Source: Thermodesulfobacteriota bacterium
GTDB lineage: Bacteria; Desulfobacterota_D; UBA1144; Nemesobacterales; N074bin48
Length of the DNA stretch: 33,307 nucleotides
Direction of reading: 5' to 3'
Assembly (NCBI GenBank): GCA_041572575.1
Contig: JBFFSH010000024.1
Span: forward strand, 1 to 33,307
The notes under the pieces are model-generated. The model worked only from the letters and a program-made list of their open reading frames with translations. It made no database searches and was not told the origin of the DNA. Shown piece by piece: positions 16,714-26,566 of the stretch. Positions within the stretch are counted from its first letter, which is position 1; each line of letters opens with the position of its first letter. The position numbers and the translations under genes are program-made.

Positions 16714-17910
16714 GTGAGATTAAATCAAATCGATTTAAAAAAAGTACACAAGATAGGATCTCGAATAAATATTTGGAAACAAGATCCAAGTGTAAAAGAG
16801 CTTGGAGTCAGAACTACATTCGTTCACAATAGAGTAGACCCAGGCCCTTGTGATTCTCAGATTATCATTAAGGGGCTCCCATTAGTATACCCAGATTCCA
16901 ACGGCGATTTTCTGTTCCCGACACCGGATCAATATGTTGTCGGTGACATTTATAACCCTCCGACAATAACTTTTTTAGAAAAAAGTTTTGATGCTGCTCA
17001 CACTTACGCAATAGTTCGCAAGGTTTTAATTATGTATGAAAGGGTATTGGGTAAAAGAATAAAATGGGCATGGAATTCCGATACAAACAGTGAGCCCCTT
17101 CAGGTATATCCTCATGCAAATCTTGGAAGATGGGCCTATTATGAAAGAGACCTTAAATCTATAAGGTTTCAATATTACTACATACCCGACCACATGCCTA
17201 TTTTCACATGCCGTTCACTTGATGTCGTGTCCCATGAGACAGGTCATGCCATATTTGATGCATTAAAACCCGAGTGGAGCGTTTCAGAACCCAGAAGAGG
17301 TATATCTTTGGAGATAGGGGCAATTCAGGAATCACTTGCGGATCTTACATCTATGTTTCTTATTCTCTCACAACTTGACCTTGTTGAGTATATTATTACG
17401 GAGACAAAAGCAGATCTGAATTATGAAAAAAACATATTAGCTGTTTGGTGGGAACAACTTGAAGAAATTGGTTATATGGGGCCAAGAAGCGCTATAAATG
17501 ATTTAAAGCTAAGTGAAGCCGGAACGCAGGTGCATAGAATCTCAGAGGTATTTACCGGTGCCGTTTATGATATACTTGCAGATATATTCGCTTCTTCCAG
17601 AGAGCCGGATTTCAGAAGCGATGCAGAGACGTTATATATGATTGGTCAGTACATGCTATCACTCATAGTAAAATCAGTACTCAGATCACCCGACACTGAA
17701 GTTAGATTTGTAGATATAGTAGGTGAAATGATCAAAATCACAAAAGAGACAAGCCGTTTTGATCATGCTGAGATAATTCGAAAAAACTTTTTAAAAAGGG
17801 AAATTTTAACAGACAATGGCCAAATAAATTCCAAGATAGATCTATCAACTCTTATACCTGATTACAAAGGCTGTTGTGCAACCTTAAGCAACAACCCATA
17901 TCTAAAATGA
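16714..17910 (+). CDS. Zinc metalloprotease, gluzincin (M4/M36-like)
   Basis: DVVSHETGH (HExxH), GAIQESLAD (third zinc ligand) and VHRISEVF. No signal peptide is evident and the GTG start is uncertain. Confidence 0.8.
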   Translation: MRLNQIDLKKVHKIGSRINIWKQDPSVKELGVRTTFVHNRVDPGPCDSQIIIKGLPLVYPDSNGDFLFPTPDQYVVGDIYNPPTITFLEKSFDAAHTYAIVRKVLIMYERVLGKRIKWAWNSDTNSEPLQVYPHANLGRWAYYERDLKSIRFQYYYIPDHMPIFTCRSLDVVSHETGHAIFDALKPEWSVSEPRRGISLEIGAIQESLADLTSMFLILSQLDLVEYIITETKADLNYEKNILAVWWEQLEEIGYMGPRSAINDLKLSEAGTQVHRISEVFTGAVYDILADIFASSREPDFRSDAETLYMIGQYMLSLIVKSVLRSPDTEVRFVDIVGEMIKITKETSRFDHAEIIRKNFLKREILTDNGQINSKIDLSTLIPDYKGCCATLSNNPYLK

Positions 17911-18012
17911 TATGAATTTATAACCAGGTAATTATTAACACTTGTTAAAACATTAAAATCTCATAAAAAAATCATATCTGAAAATCCCTCTTTTCTCTAT
18001 CTACTATTCATG

Positions 18013-18375
18013 TCAATCGCCTTCAATCTCAGCCATAGACTCAAAACTTAGCAACACCTTTGCACCCTGCTCATTTTCAATCTCCAATACTTCTTCTCTG
18101 CCGGCATCATCAAATTTAACCGCAACCTGAGTTACATTTGAAATGGAATGCGTCAGATGTTTCTGTCCGGGCCTCTCACCTCCAAGCATAATTTCAACCA
18201 CCGGAGATCCCTCTCCTTTCAGTTGCAGATCGAGTCCGGACAGTGGAAGACCGTGTTCTACGGTTTGCGCACCCATTTCATCAAACTCTTTTAGACACGT
18301 TGCGCGGGAAGAATTGATGTTATTAAATTTATTAAAAAAATCTGCCCATTTGTTTTTGGTTATAACTTCATTCAT
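18013..18375 (-). CDS. DUF5335-like hypothetical protein
   Basis: I...W..FF..F, GAQ..EHGLPLSG and HLTHSI patterns; AGGAGG ribosome-binding site upstream. Confidence 0.7.
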   Translation of the reverse strand: MNEVITKNKWADFFNKFNNINSSRATCLKEFDEMGAQTVEHGLPLSGLDLQLKGEGSPVVEIMLGGERPGQKHLTHSISNVTQVAVKFDDAGREEVLEIENEQGAKVLLSFESMAEIEGD

Positions 18376-18451
18376 AATATTTAACCTCCTATTGTAGTTT
18401 TAATTTACTTTTCAATACATTTATAAAATCATTGTCGTATACAAAACAATA

Positions 18452-18835
18452 TTATTTATTAGGACAGATAACTATCCTTGCATTAGTCAGGTTAAGGTTA
18501 TCTGTTCCTCCGCATGAAAAAGTGGTCTCTTCACAGAAATTTACAGGCACTGGAGTATTGCCCAGGGTTATCTCATCAATTTCATTTGTAAGTGTCATTG
18601 TAAATAACCTGTTTTTTAAACATATATTAAAATTTGTTTCTATACGCTTTGAAACCGAGAGGTCAAGACTTTCAATATCTAGGTTACTATCTTCAACAGG
18701 CACATCTATTTTAATCGGTTCGGTCTGTATCACCTGTGTTTCTTTCGCTTCTTTAACAGTCTTGTTCTCTACCCTGTGATGACAGGATAAGACCACAAAA
18801 ACTAATACAAACACTGCAATATATCTATTTCTCAT
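18452..18835 (-). CDS. Hypothetical lipoprotein
   Basis: Basic N-terminus, hydrophobic stretch and VLSC lipobox; GGAG upstream; 11 nt downstream of the preceding gene. Confidence 0.65.
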   Translation of the reverse strand: MRNRYIAVFVLVFVVLSCHHRVENKTVKEAKETQVIQTEPIKIDVPVEDSNLDIESLDLSVSKRIETNFNICLKNRLFTMTLTNEIDEITLGNTPVPVNFCEETTFSCGGTDNLNLTNARIVICPNK

Positions 18836-18846
18836 AGTTGCTCTCC

Positions 18847-20436
18847 TTATTTATTATTTGATATTCTTCTTTTAATAATTTCTCTAAACAACCGCTTAAT
18901 ATTTTTATCCGAGTCGGTATTCTCGTTTGTATTAGTCTTGAAATAAATATCTTTTAAACAATCTGAAGGTCTGTTGAATTTTTGCTTGAAGCTTTTAAAC
19001 AGGCCTATTCTCGCATCAGATATAGACTTATTACTGTCCCTGGCAAGTAGTCTTTGTTTTATGACCTTGTCTGAAGTTTTAGTTTCAATGTAAATGATAT
19101 TTGATTTCCATTTCTGTGAATTATTTATAATTTTATTCCTATAACTCTCAGCAGAAAAACTTGCATCCAAAATTACTATGTTCTTTAGCAAAAGTTGTTC
19201 ATGGGCCTGTTTGAACATTTCATCATAGGTTTTATTGGTCATATTTTTAGAATATAATCCATCATACAAATGCTCCCCTGCTTTTTGAGTAAGTGGAATC
19301 CCGGCCAGATTTTTTCTCGTAACATCCGATGAAATCACATTGCATCCAAGCTCCGACGATAATCTGTCGGCAAATGTAGATTTACCCGATGCAATTAATC
19401 CAAATATTACTATTACTACAGGGTCGCTACCAAAAAGGGCATATCTTGTAGAAAGCTGAAAATATTTTTTTGCATTCTGAACTGACTTAACCTTTTCGTC
19501 TTTTGGTAAATTTTTGTCCTCTGCCCTTATGCTTCCGACCTTTCCACGCACATATGCCCTGTAGCATTTATAAAAATCAACAAGTCTGAGCGTTTTACTA
19601 TCTTCCATTTTGTTGAGAATGGAGCTAATAAAATATCTTGAAAGATCAAAGCGCGCATTATAATCAAGGTCCATTGATAAAAATGCGATATCACAAACAT
19701 AGTCTATAAAACGAAAACTATTATTAAATTCAATACAATCAAATATCTCAATTTCATTTTGCCTAACAATAACATGCTCAAGGTGCAAATCCCCATGACA
19801 GTCTTTTATATAACCATTGCTAACCCTTCTTTCCAGTCGTTCCTTATTTACTCTTAAGAACAAGTTGTTGAAATATTTAATAGTTTCGAATGCAGTTCGA
19901 GTTATAGTTTTACCAACAAACTTTTCTCCCAATTCTCTATTTTGTTTTAGAGTATTTTTTATGTGTTTGGGGCTTCCATATTTAGGCAGTTTGTCTGGTG
20001 GTGTTTGTAAGATGTAAAATTTATGAAGTCTATCACTTATTCTTTTAATTTCTCTTTTGCTAATTTTATTCTTGGCAAGTAAATTTTTCACGAAATATCT
20101 TTCAGGGATCCTCTTCATTTTCACAAGATAGTCGCAAACTACTCCGTTTTTTTGAAAACTATAATTTCCCCTGTCGTACATAACGGGTACTACACCAAGA
20201 TATGAATTACTAAGTCTTGAATTCAAAGATACTTCCTGTTCGCAGTAATATTTTCTTTTACCAAGAGTAGAGAAATCCAGGAATCCAAAATTTACCGGTT
20301 TTTTTAATTTGTATACAAAATTTCCAGCTATAAAAACATATGAGGCATGGGTCTGAATAACATTTACATTTTTATTCTTTAACCCATATGTAGCAGGATC
20401 GGATAAGAATTTAATTAACCCTTTATAATATCTCAT
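18847..20436 (-). CDS. Bifunctional APH-like phosphotransferase / AAA_33 P-loop kinase (Rv2004c-like, COG2187 + COG0645)
   Basis: QTHASYVF...YKLKKPVNFGFLDFSTL, DCHGDLHLEH, FDCIEFN, YRAYVRGKV, and P-loop GLIASGKST. Confidence 0.92.
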   Translation of the reverse strand: MRYYKGLIKFLSDPATYGLKNKNVNVIQTHASYVFIAGNFVYKLKKPVNFGFLDFSTLGKRKYYCEQEVSLNSRLSNSYLGVVPVMYDRGNYSFQKNGVVCDYLVKMKRIPERYFVKNLLAKNKISKREIKRISDRLHKFYILQTPPDKLPKYGSPKHIKNTLKQNRELGEKFVGKTITRTAFETIKYFNNLFLRVNKERLERRVSNGYIKDCHGDLHLEHVIVRQNEIEIFDCIEFNNSFRFIDYVCDIAFLSMDLDYNARFDLSRYFISSILNKMEDSKTLRLVDFYKCYRAYVRGKVGSIRAEDKNLPKDEKVKSVQNAKKYFQLSTRYALFGSDPVVIVIFGLIASGKSTFADRLSSELGCNVISSDVTRKNLAGIPLTQKAGEHLYDGLYSKNMTNKTYDEMFKQAHEQLLLKNIVILDASFSAESYRNKIINNSQKWKSNIIYIETKTSDKVIKQRLLARDSNKSISDARIGLFKSFKQKFNRPSDCLKDIYFKTNTNENTDSDKNIKRLFREIIKRRISNNK

Positions 20437-20482
20437 TCATTTATCGAGGCTATATAAAAAACAAATAATATATACATCTAAG

Positions 20483-20499
20483 TGCAACTTCGGTGCCAA
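20483..20499 (-). promoter_or_regulatory. Sigma54 (-24/-12) promoter
   Basis: TTGGCAC-CGAAG-TTGCA on the minus strand is a perfect match to TGGCAC-N5-TTGCA, ending 46 nt before the ATG at 20436. Confidence 0.85.
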
Positions 20500-20673
20500 G
20501 ATAATTATAATGGAGACGGTTATGTTCACATTGGAAAGAAACTATGATTTATTACTCTATTTTACTAATATAGAGATAGTTTTTGTGGGAATTATAAATA
20601 ACCAGATATATTTCATTACCTAAATCATAAATATTAAGTTGGAAATAACTTTATCTATAACAATGTTATTGTA

Positions 20674-20705
20674 TGTCCTAATTTAAGACACTGTGCATAT
20701 TGACA
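20674..20705. promoter_or_regulatory. Candidate enhancer-binding-protein sites
   Basis: Imperfect palindrome TGTCCTAATTTAAGACA (20674-20690) and adjacent TGTGCATATTGACA (20692-20705), lying between two sigma54 motifs. Confidence 0.4.
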
Positions 20706-20739
20706 GGGATTAAATCCAATAATTTGAACTGCTTAGACA

Positions 20740-20755
20740 TGGTATATGGTTTGCA
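20740..20755 (+). promoter_or_regulatory. Sigma54 (-24/-12) promoter upstream of ftsH
   Basis: TGGTAT-ATGGT-TTGCA with exact GG-N10-GC spacing, about 90 nt upstream of the ATG at 20848. Confidence 0.65.
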
Positions 20756-20847
20756 CTAAAAATCGTTAGTACTACTTTATTTGATGATAACTATCAGTAA
20801 GTTATGTAGACTATTGCTTATTAAAAACATTAATAAATACAAATAAA

Positions 20848-22812
20848 ATGACCTCTGAAAATAATAATCAAAGATCAGATATCAAAAAATCACCACAAAA
20901 TATATTATTAATATATTTACTTTTGTTAATGGCTTTTCTTATATGGAACGGAATTAAATATGCTAATAAACAACAAGATGAAATTAAAATACCTTATTCA
21001 GAATTTATTAAACAACTCAAATCCGATAATGTTCGTAAAGTAGTAATAGAAGAAGATAAAATCAAAGGATCATTTCTTAAAGCGATATTGTTTTCAGACC
21101 TTACAATTTATAAACAAGATATGGAAGCCAGGTCAAAATATGATGAAGAATTCAAAGACACTGGAAAAACTTTTACAGGGTTTCAGACAACATTTCCACA
21201 AGCCATAGGAGATCCAAATCTGCTGGTCCTGCTTGAACAACATAACGTGATGGTAGATGTAATATCGTCTACGAGAAATAAGTTGATTACAACACTTCTA
21301 TCATGGCTTCCTTTTTTATTATTAATATTGTTTTTCCTATGGATGAGCAATCAGGCTATGGGCAGGAGGGGTAATATGTTTGGGTTTGGCAAGAGCAAAG
21401 CCAGACTCTACCAGGGAGATAAAAAGGTAGTCACTTTTGATGACATTGCCGGAGCGGATGAGGCAAAGGCTCAGCTTCAGCAGGAGGTGGATTTTCTTAG
21501 TAATCCCAAGAAATATCATGATATAGGGGCAAAAATACCAAGAGGAATTCTTCTAATTGGTCCACCGGGTACCGGAAAAACTCTACTTGCAAAAGCAGTA
21601 GCGGGTGAAGCCGGTGTTCCATTTTTGAGCATCAGCGCCTCGGAATTTGTAGAGATGTTCGTAGGGGTCGGAGCAAGCCGGGTAAGAGACCTGTTTGCTC
21701 AGGGAAAGCAGGCAGCACCCTCTATAATATTTATTGATGAGCTTGATGCAGTAGCCAGAAGAAGAGGTGCAGGGATGGGAACTGTGAATGACGAGCGAGA
21801 ACAGACACTCAACCAGCTCCTTGTGGAAATGGATGGATTTGACGAAAGACTCGAAGTCATTATTCTAGCGGCAACCAACAGACCCGATGTGCTTGATCCG
21901 GCGCTACTGCGTCCCGGACGATTTGACAGGCAAGTAGCACTCGGACTACCCGATAGAGAGGGTCGAAAGGGTATATTAAAGATTCATACACGCAGACTCA
22001 AGCTTGACCCCGACGTGGATTTTTCATTACTAGCTCGTTCCAGTACCGGAATGAGCGGAGCAGACCTAGCAAACCTCTGTAATGAAGCGGCGCTTGTTGC
22101 AGCGAGAAAGGATAATAAAAAAGTTTGTATGGCCGATTTTGAACAGGCTTTTGACAAGGTTCTGCTTGGTGAAAAACGCAAGCTGTATATGGATCCAAAG
22201 GAGAGGGAAGTAATTGCGTATCATGAGGCGGGACATGCTGTAGCTGCCTGGTTTATACCAGAGGCAGACCAGGTGCATAAAGTAACTATAATACCCCACG
22301 GAAAGGCGCTTGGAGTAACACAGCAGCTACCCACTGAAGATCATTATAACCTCAGCAAAGCTTATTTGATGGCCAGACTCGCAGTGCTGCTTGCAGGACG
22401 AACAGCTGAAGAAATAGCAATAGGAGAAATTACTACGGGGGCAGAAAATGACCTTATTGAGGCTACGCAGCTTGCACGTAAAATGGTCACCCGATGGGGT
22501 ATGGGTAAGCTCGGTTTGAGAGCGTTTAGAGCAGATGAGGAGCATCCGTTTTTGGGCTATGAGCTTTCAAGAGGCAAGGACTATAGTGAGTCAACCGCTG
22601 CCATTGTTGATGAAGAAGTTAAAAAATTGCTTGATAAGTCGCACGAAACAGTGCATAAAATCTTAGTAAGTAATAAAGAAAAGCTGGATGCTACAGTACA
22701 TTTATTACTAAAAGATGAAACAATTGATTCTAAAGAACTTGAAAAGATATTAGGACCACGAGGATTACTCAAGATAGTAGAAAAGCCCAAACAGAACACA
22801 AACGATATATAA
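20848..22812 (+). CDS. ftsH: ATP-dependent zinc metalloprotease FtsH
   Basis: Two TM helices, Walker [49 protein letters not shown], and HEAGH. Confidence 0.98.
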   Translation: MTSENNNQRSDIKKSPQNILLIYLLLLMAFLIWNGIKYANKQQDEIKIPYSEFIKQLKSDNVRKVVIEEDKIKGSFLKAILFSDLTIYKQDMEARSKYDEEFKDTGKTFTGFQTTFPQAIGDPNLLVLLEQHNVMVDVISSTRNKLITTLLSWLPFLLLILFFLWMSNQAMGRRGNMFGFGKSKARLYQGDKKVVTFDDIAGADEAKAQLQQEVDFLSNPKKYHDIGAKIPRGILLIGPPGTGKTLLAKAVAGEAGVPFLSISASEFVEMFVGVGASRVRDLFAQGKQAAPSIIFIDELDAVARRRGAGMGTVNDEREQTLNQLLVEMDGFDERLEVIILAATNRPDVLDPALLRPGRFDRQVALGLPDREGRKGILKIHTRRLKLDPDVDFSLLARSSTGMSGADLANLCNEAALVAARKDNKKVCMADFEQAFDKVLLGEKRKLYMDPKEREVIAYHEAGHAVAAWFIPEADQVHKVTIIPHGKALGVTQQLPTEDHYNLSKAYLMARLAVLLAGRTAEEIAIGEITTGAENDLIEATQLARKMVTRWGMGKLGLRAFRADEEHPFLGYELSRGKDYSESTAAIVDEEVKKLLDKSHETVHKILVSNKEKLDATVHLLLKDETIDSKELEKILGPRGLLKIVEKPKQNTNDI

Positions 22813-22840
22813 AGAATGTATATATAAGGCGGATATACTT

Positions 22841-23803
22841 ATGATTTCCATAAATGAAAAGAAATATTCTTTTGTAATACTGTTAATTGTACTGATATCC
22901 ATTTTAGCCCTGTTATGGTTTTACAAATTTAGAGAAGATGATAGTGATCACATTGTATCTGGAAACGGAAGGCTTGAAGCAACAGAAATCGATATAGCGA
23001 CTAAGTTTCAGGGCAGAGTCGCAGAAATACTCTTTGATGAGGGAGATATGGTAAAAGCCGGAGAAGTGGTAGCAAGGATAGATACGCAATCTTTAGAAGC
23101 ACAGCTAAGAGAAGCTCTGGCAATGGTAAACAAAGCAGAAAAGGAGCGTGCCTATGCTGAGGCTCTATTATCTCAAAAAGAGAGTGAATGTGATTTAAAA
23201 AGGAAGAAATTAGCTCGTTATGAAAAACTATTTAAAGATGGAATAGTTTCAGAAGATAAGTTAGATGAGGCTAAAACCGAAGTCAAAATCTCTGCTGCTG
23301 CATGTGATGCTGCCAAGGCACGGATAGATAATGCAGATGCTTCTGTGAAGTCCGCAGTTTCGGTAACCGAGAGACTCAAATCTGATATTGAAGACTGTAT
23401 ATTAAAAGCCCCTCGTGATTCAAGGGTTCAGTACAGACTGGCAGAACCAGGCGAGGTTCTTCCACAGGGAGGAAAGGTTCTTACTACAATTGATCTTGAC
23501 GATATATACATGACCATATTTTTACCGGAAGTTGAGGCTGGAAAAGTAAGAATCGGTGCAGAAGCACGTATTGTTCTGGATGCATTTGCTGAAGATGCAT
23601 TTGGGGCAAAAGTTACATATATCGCTTCAAAAGCGCAGTTCACGCCAAAAGAAGTAGAAACCAAAACAGAGAGGCAAAAACTCTCATTCAGAGTCAAGGT
23701 AAATTTAACAGAAACTGACAGTCTTCCGGCAAAACCCGGTATGCCAGGCAATGCCTACATCCTCACGGATAAATCTGCCGGCTGGCCTGAGCACTTACAA
23801 TGA
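22841..23803 (+). CDS. yhiI: HlyD-family membrane fusion protein (YhiI-like)
   Basis: SGNGRLEATEIDIATK, RVQYRLAEPGEVL..GGKVL and AQFTPKEVET..ERQKL; directly upstream of rbbA. Confidence 0.9.
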   Translation: MISINEKKYSFVILLIVLISILALLWFYKFREDDSDHIVSGNGRLEATEIDIATKFQGRVAEILFDEGDMVKAGEVVARIDTQSLEAQLREALAMVNKAEKERAYAEALLSQKESECDLKRKKLARYEKLFKDGIVSEDKLDEAKTEVKISAAACDAAKARIDNADASVKSAVSVTERLKSDIEDCILKAPRDSRVQYRLAEPGEVLPQGGKVLTTIDLDDIYMTIFLPEVEAGKVRIGAEARIVLDAFAEDAFGAKVTYIASKAQFTPKEVETKTERQKLSFRVKVNLTETDSLPAKPGMPGNAYILTDKSAGWPEHLQ

Positions 23804-26565
23804 GTATTTATAAAAGCCATGGCCCCTTTGTGGCAGAGCTTGCAAATGTAATTCTCAAATATGATAAAATAACAGCTCTGCAAGATATAAATATAAAATT
23901 TCCTTCCGGGTGTATGGTTGGTTTAATAGGGCCCGATGGTGTTGGAAAGTCCAGTCTTTTAGCACTTGTTTCCGGAGTACGCAAAATTCAATCAGGCAGG
24001 GTTGAGGTTTTAGATGGAGATATGTCAAGCGGAACACACCGCAAAACAATCTGTCCCAGGATTGCCTACATGCCCCAGGGTCTTGGGAAGAATCTGTATC
24101 ATACTCTGTCTGTGTTTGAAAACGTCGATTTTTTCGCAAGACTCTTTGGACAGTCTGCAGTGGAAAGAAAATCCAGAATAAATGAACTGCTCGAAGCCAC
24201 GGGTCTTGCACGTTTTGCTGACCGCCCAATGGGTAAACTCTCAGGTGGAATGAAGCAAAAACTCGGGCTTTGCTGCGCACTTATACATGATCCTGACTTG
24301 TTGATTTTGGACGAGCCGACCACCGGCGTAGACCCTCTTGCAAGAAGGCAGTTTTGGGAGCTTATAGAAGATATACGATCACGCAGGAAAAGCATGAGTG
24401 TTATTGTGGCTACGGCTTACATGGAAGAGGCCGAAAGGTTTGACTGGTTAGTAGCAATGGACGAGGGAAGAATCTTATCTACAGGTACTCCTGCTGAAAT
24501 CAAATCACAGACAGACTCGGCGACACTCGAAGAGTCTTTCATAAAACTTCTCCCAGAACAAAAACAGTTAGGACATAAAAAATTATCAATACCACCTCGA
24601 ATATCAAAGGAAGAGGAAATTGCTATTGAAACCAAAAATCTCACTAAAATGTTTGGAGATTTTACAGCTGTCGATAGGGTTAGTTTTCGTATACAAAAGG
24701 GTGAAATCTTCGGCTTTGTAGGTTCAAACGGATGCGGAAAAACAACCACAATGAAAATGCTTACAGGGCTTCTGCCTGCAACTGAGGGTGAGGCAAAGGT
24801 CTTCGGACGACAGCTGATTGGAAGTGATATCGAAACCCGCAGGCTTGTAGGATATATGTCTCAATCCTTTTCATTGTATTCAGAGCTCACGGTACTGCAA
24901 AACTTACAGCTTCATGCAAGATTGTATCATTTGCCTGAAGACAAGATTCCTTTGCGGATAGAAGACTTATCGAATAGGATGGGATTGAAAGATGTCCTCT
25001 ACGAGCAGACACAAAAATTACCTTTAGGCATAAAACAGCGGCTTTCTCTTGCAGTGTCTGTAATACATTATCCAGAGCTTCTTATACTGGATGAGCCTAC
25101 ATCGGGAGTGGACCCGATAGCAAGGGATAAATTCTGGCAGCTTCTTATCGATCTATCCAGAGAAAAGGGGGTAACAATTTTTATTTCAACCCATTTTATG
25201 AATGAGGCTGAACGCTGTGACCGTGTATCGCTAATGCATGAAGGGAAGGTGCTGGCAACTGATACACCACAAAATCTGATAAATTCGAAAGACAGTAATA
25301 AACTTGTAGATGCATTTATATCTTATATTGAACAGGCTGATGAAAGCACAATTAGTAGAGGAAAAAATAATCTTAATTCAAATAATATTTTAAAAGAGAG
25401 AAGCCTTATATCGTCTAATCAAAATATTTACAAACGGTTATTTAATCTAAATAGTCTTTGGGCATTTACCAGGCGAGAATCTATAGAATTAATACGTGAT
25501 CCCATTAGAATGTTCTTTGCACTGGTCGGTCCAATTATTATGATGATAGTATTGGGATATGGAATTTCTTTTGATGTGGAAAACCTTCCTTACGCAGTAC
25601 TTGATAGAGACCAGACTCCGGACAGCAGAAAGTATATTGAGAATTTTTCAGGCTCGCGATATTTCTCCGAGCATGTTCATATAAATGATTACAATGAACT
25701 GGAAAATCGTCTGAGAACGGGTGAGCTAAGGGTTGCTATAGAAATTCCCCCTAATTTTGGCAAGGATCTTAAGCGCGGTGCTGAGCCGCAGGTTGGTGTT
25801 TGGCTTGACGGAGGTTTTCCGTTTCGGGCAGAGACTGCCAGAGGCTATATTCTGGGTCTTCACGACCTGTACCTTTCTCAAGTAAAGGAGAGTTCTCAAT
25901 GGAAACGCTATGAGGAGCTGCCTTTTACTATTGAAACCAGATTCAGATACAACCAGGATATGAAGAGCGCATTTGCGATTATTCCGGGTCTTATAGCTAT
26001 GATGCTTGCTCTTATACCTACAATTCTAACAGCCGTTGGTGTGGTAAGAGAAAAAGAACTTGGTTCAATCACAAATTTATATGCAACACCAGCAACAAGA
26101 CTTGATTTTTTACTTGGAAAACAGCTTCCATACGTAGCGATAGGAATTTTAAACTTTTTTTCACTTTGGATTCTGTCCAGTGTCCTGTTCGGGGTTCCGG
26201 TTAAGGGAAGCTCAATTGCTTTTATAGCAGGAGCAATCTTATTTGTCATGTCTACAACAGGATTCGGCCTGCTCATTTCGGCTTTCACAAAGACTCAGAT
26301 TGCAGCACTATTCGGAGCTTTTCTTTTTACGATGATAAATTCAATGACATTTTCAGGCTTCCTTCAGCCCGTTTCATCCCTTGTAGGTGGAGGAAAAATT
26401 ATTGCACTGACATTTCCTACAACATATTTCATGAACATAAGCAGGGGCACTGTTACCAAAGCGCTTGGTTTTGGTGACCTTTACATTAATTATATAATGA
26501 TCTGCATCTTTATTATCTTGTTTATGCTATTGAGCCTAAAGTTTCTTAAGAATCAGGAAAAATAA
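23800..26565 (+). CDS. rbbA: Ribosome-associated ATPase / ABC transporter RbbA (two ATPase domains plus ABC-2 permease)
   Basis: GPDGVGKS, IAYMPQGLGKNLY, LSGGMKQK, GSNGCGKT, LPLGIKQR and VVREKELGSITNLYATP; 921 aa. Confidence 0.93.
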   Translation: MSIYKSHGPFVAELANVILKYDKITALQDINIKFPSGCMVGLIGPDGVGKSSLLALVSGVRKIQSGRVEVLDGDMSSGTHRKTICPRIAYMPQGLGKNLYHTLSVFENVDFFARLFGQSAVERKSRINELLEATGLARFADRPMGKLSGGMKQKLGLCCALIHDPDLLILDEPTTGVDPLARRQFWELIEDIRSRRKSMSVIVATAYMEEAERFDWLVAMDEGRILSTGTPAEIKSQTDSATLEESFIKLLPEQKQLGHKKLSIPPRISKEEEIAIETKNLTKMFGDFTAVDRVSFRIQKGEIFGFVGSNGCGKTTTMKMLTGLLPATEGEAKVFGRQLIGSDIETRRLVGYMSQSFSLYSELTVLQNLQLHARLYHLPEDKIPLRIEDLSNRMGLKDVLYEQTQKLPLGIKQRLSLAVSVIHYPELLILDEPTSGVDPIARDKFWQLLIDLSREKGVTIFISTHFMNEAERCDRVSLMHEGKVLATDTPQNLINSKDSNKLVDAFISYIEQADESTISRGKNNLNSNNILKERSLISSNQNIYKRLFNLNSLWAFTRRESIELIRDPIRMFFALVGPIIMMIVLGYGISFDVENLPYAVLDRDQTPDSRKYIENFSGSRYFSEHVHINDYNELENRLRTGELRVAIEIPPNFGKDLKRGAEPQVGVWLDGGFPFRAETARGYILGLHDLYLSQVKESSQWKRYEELPFTIETRFRYNQDMKSAFAIIPGLIAMMLALIPTILTAVGVVREKELGSITNLYATPATRLDFLLGKQLPYVAIGILNFFSLWILSSVLFGVPVKGSSIAFIAGAILFVMSTTGFGLLISAFTKTQIAALFGAFLFTMINSMTFSGFLQPVSSLVGGGKIIALTFPTTYFMNISRGTVTKALGFGDLYINYIMICIFIILFMLLSLKFLKNQEK

Positions 26566-26566
26566 A

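Noticed and set aside
6903..20436. The two APH-like genes as aminoglycoside resistance determinants
   Set aside because: The similarity is at fold level only. Their size, domain fusions and context point to biosynthetic or stress functions.
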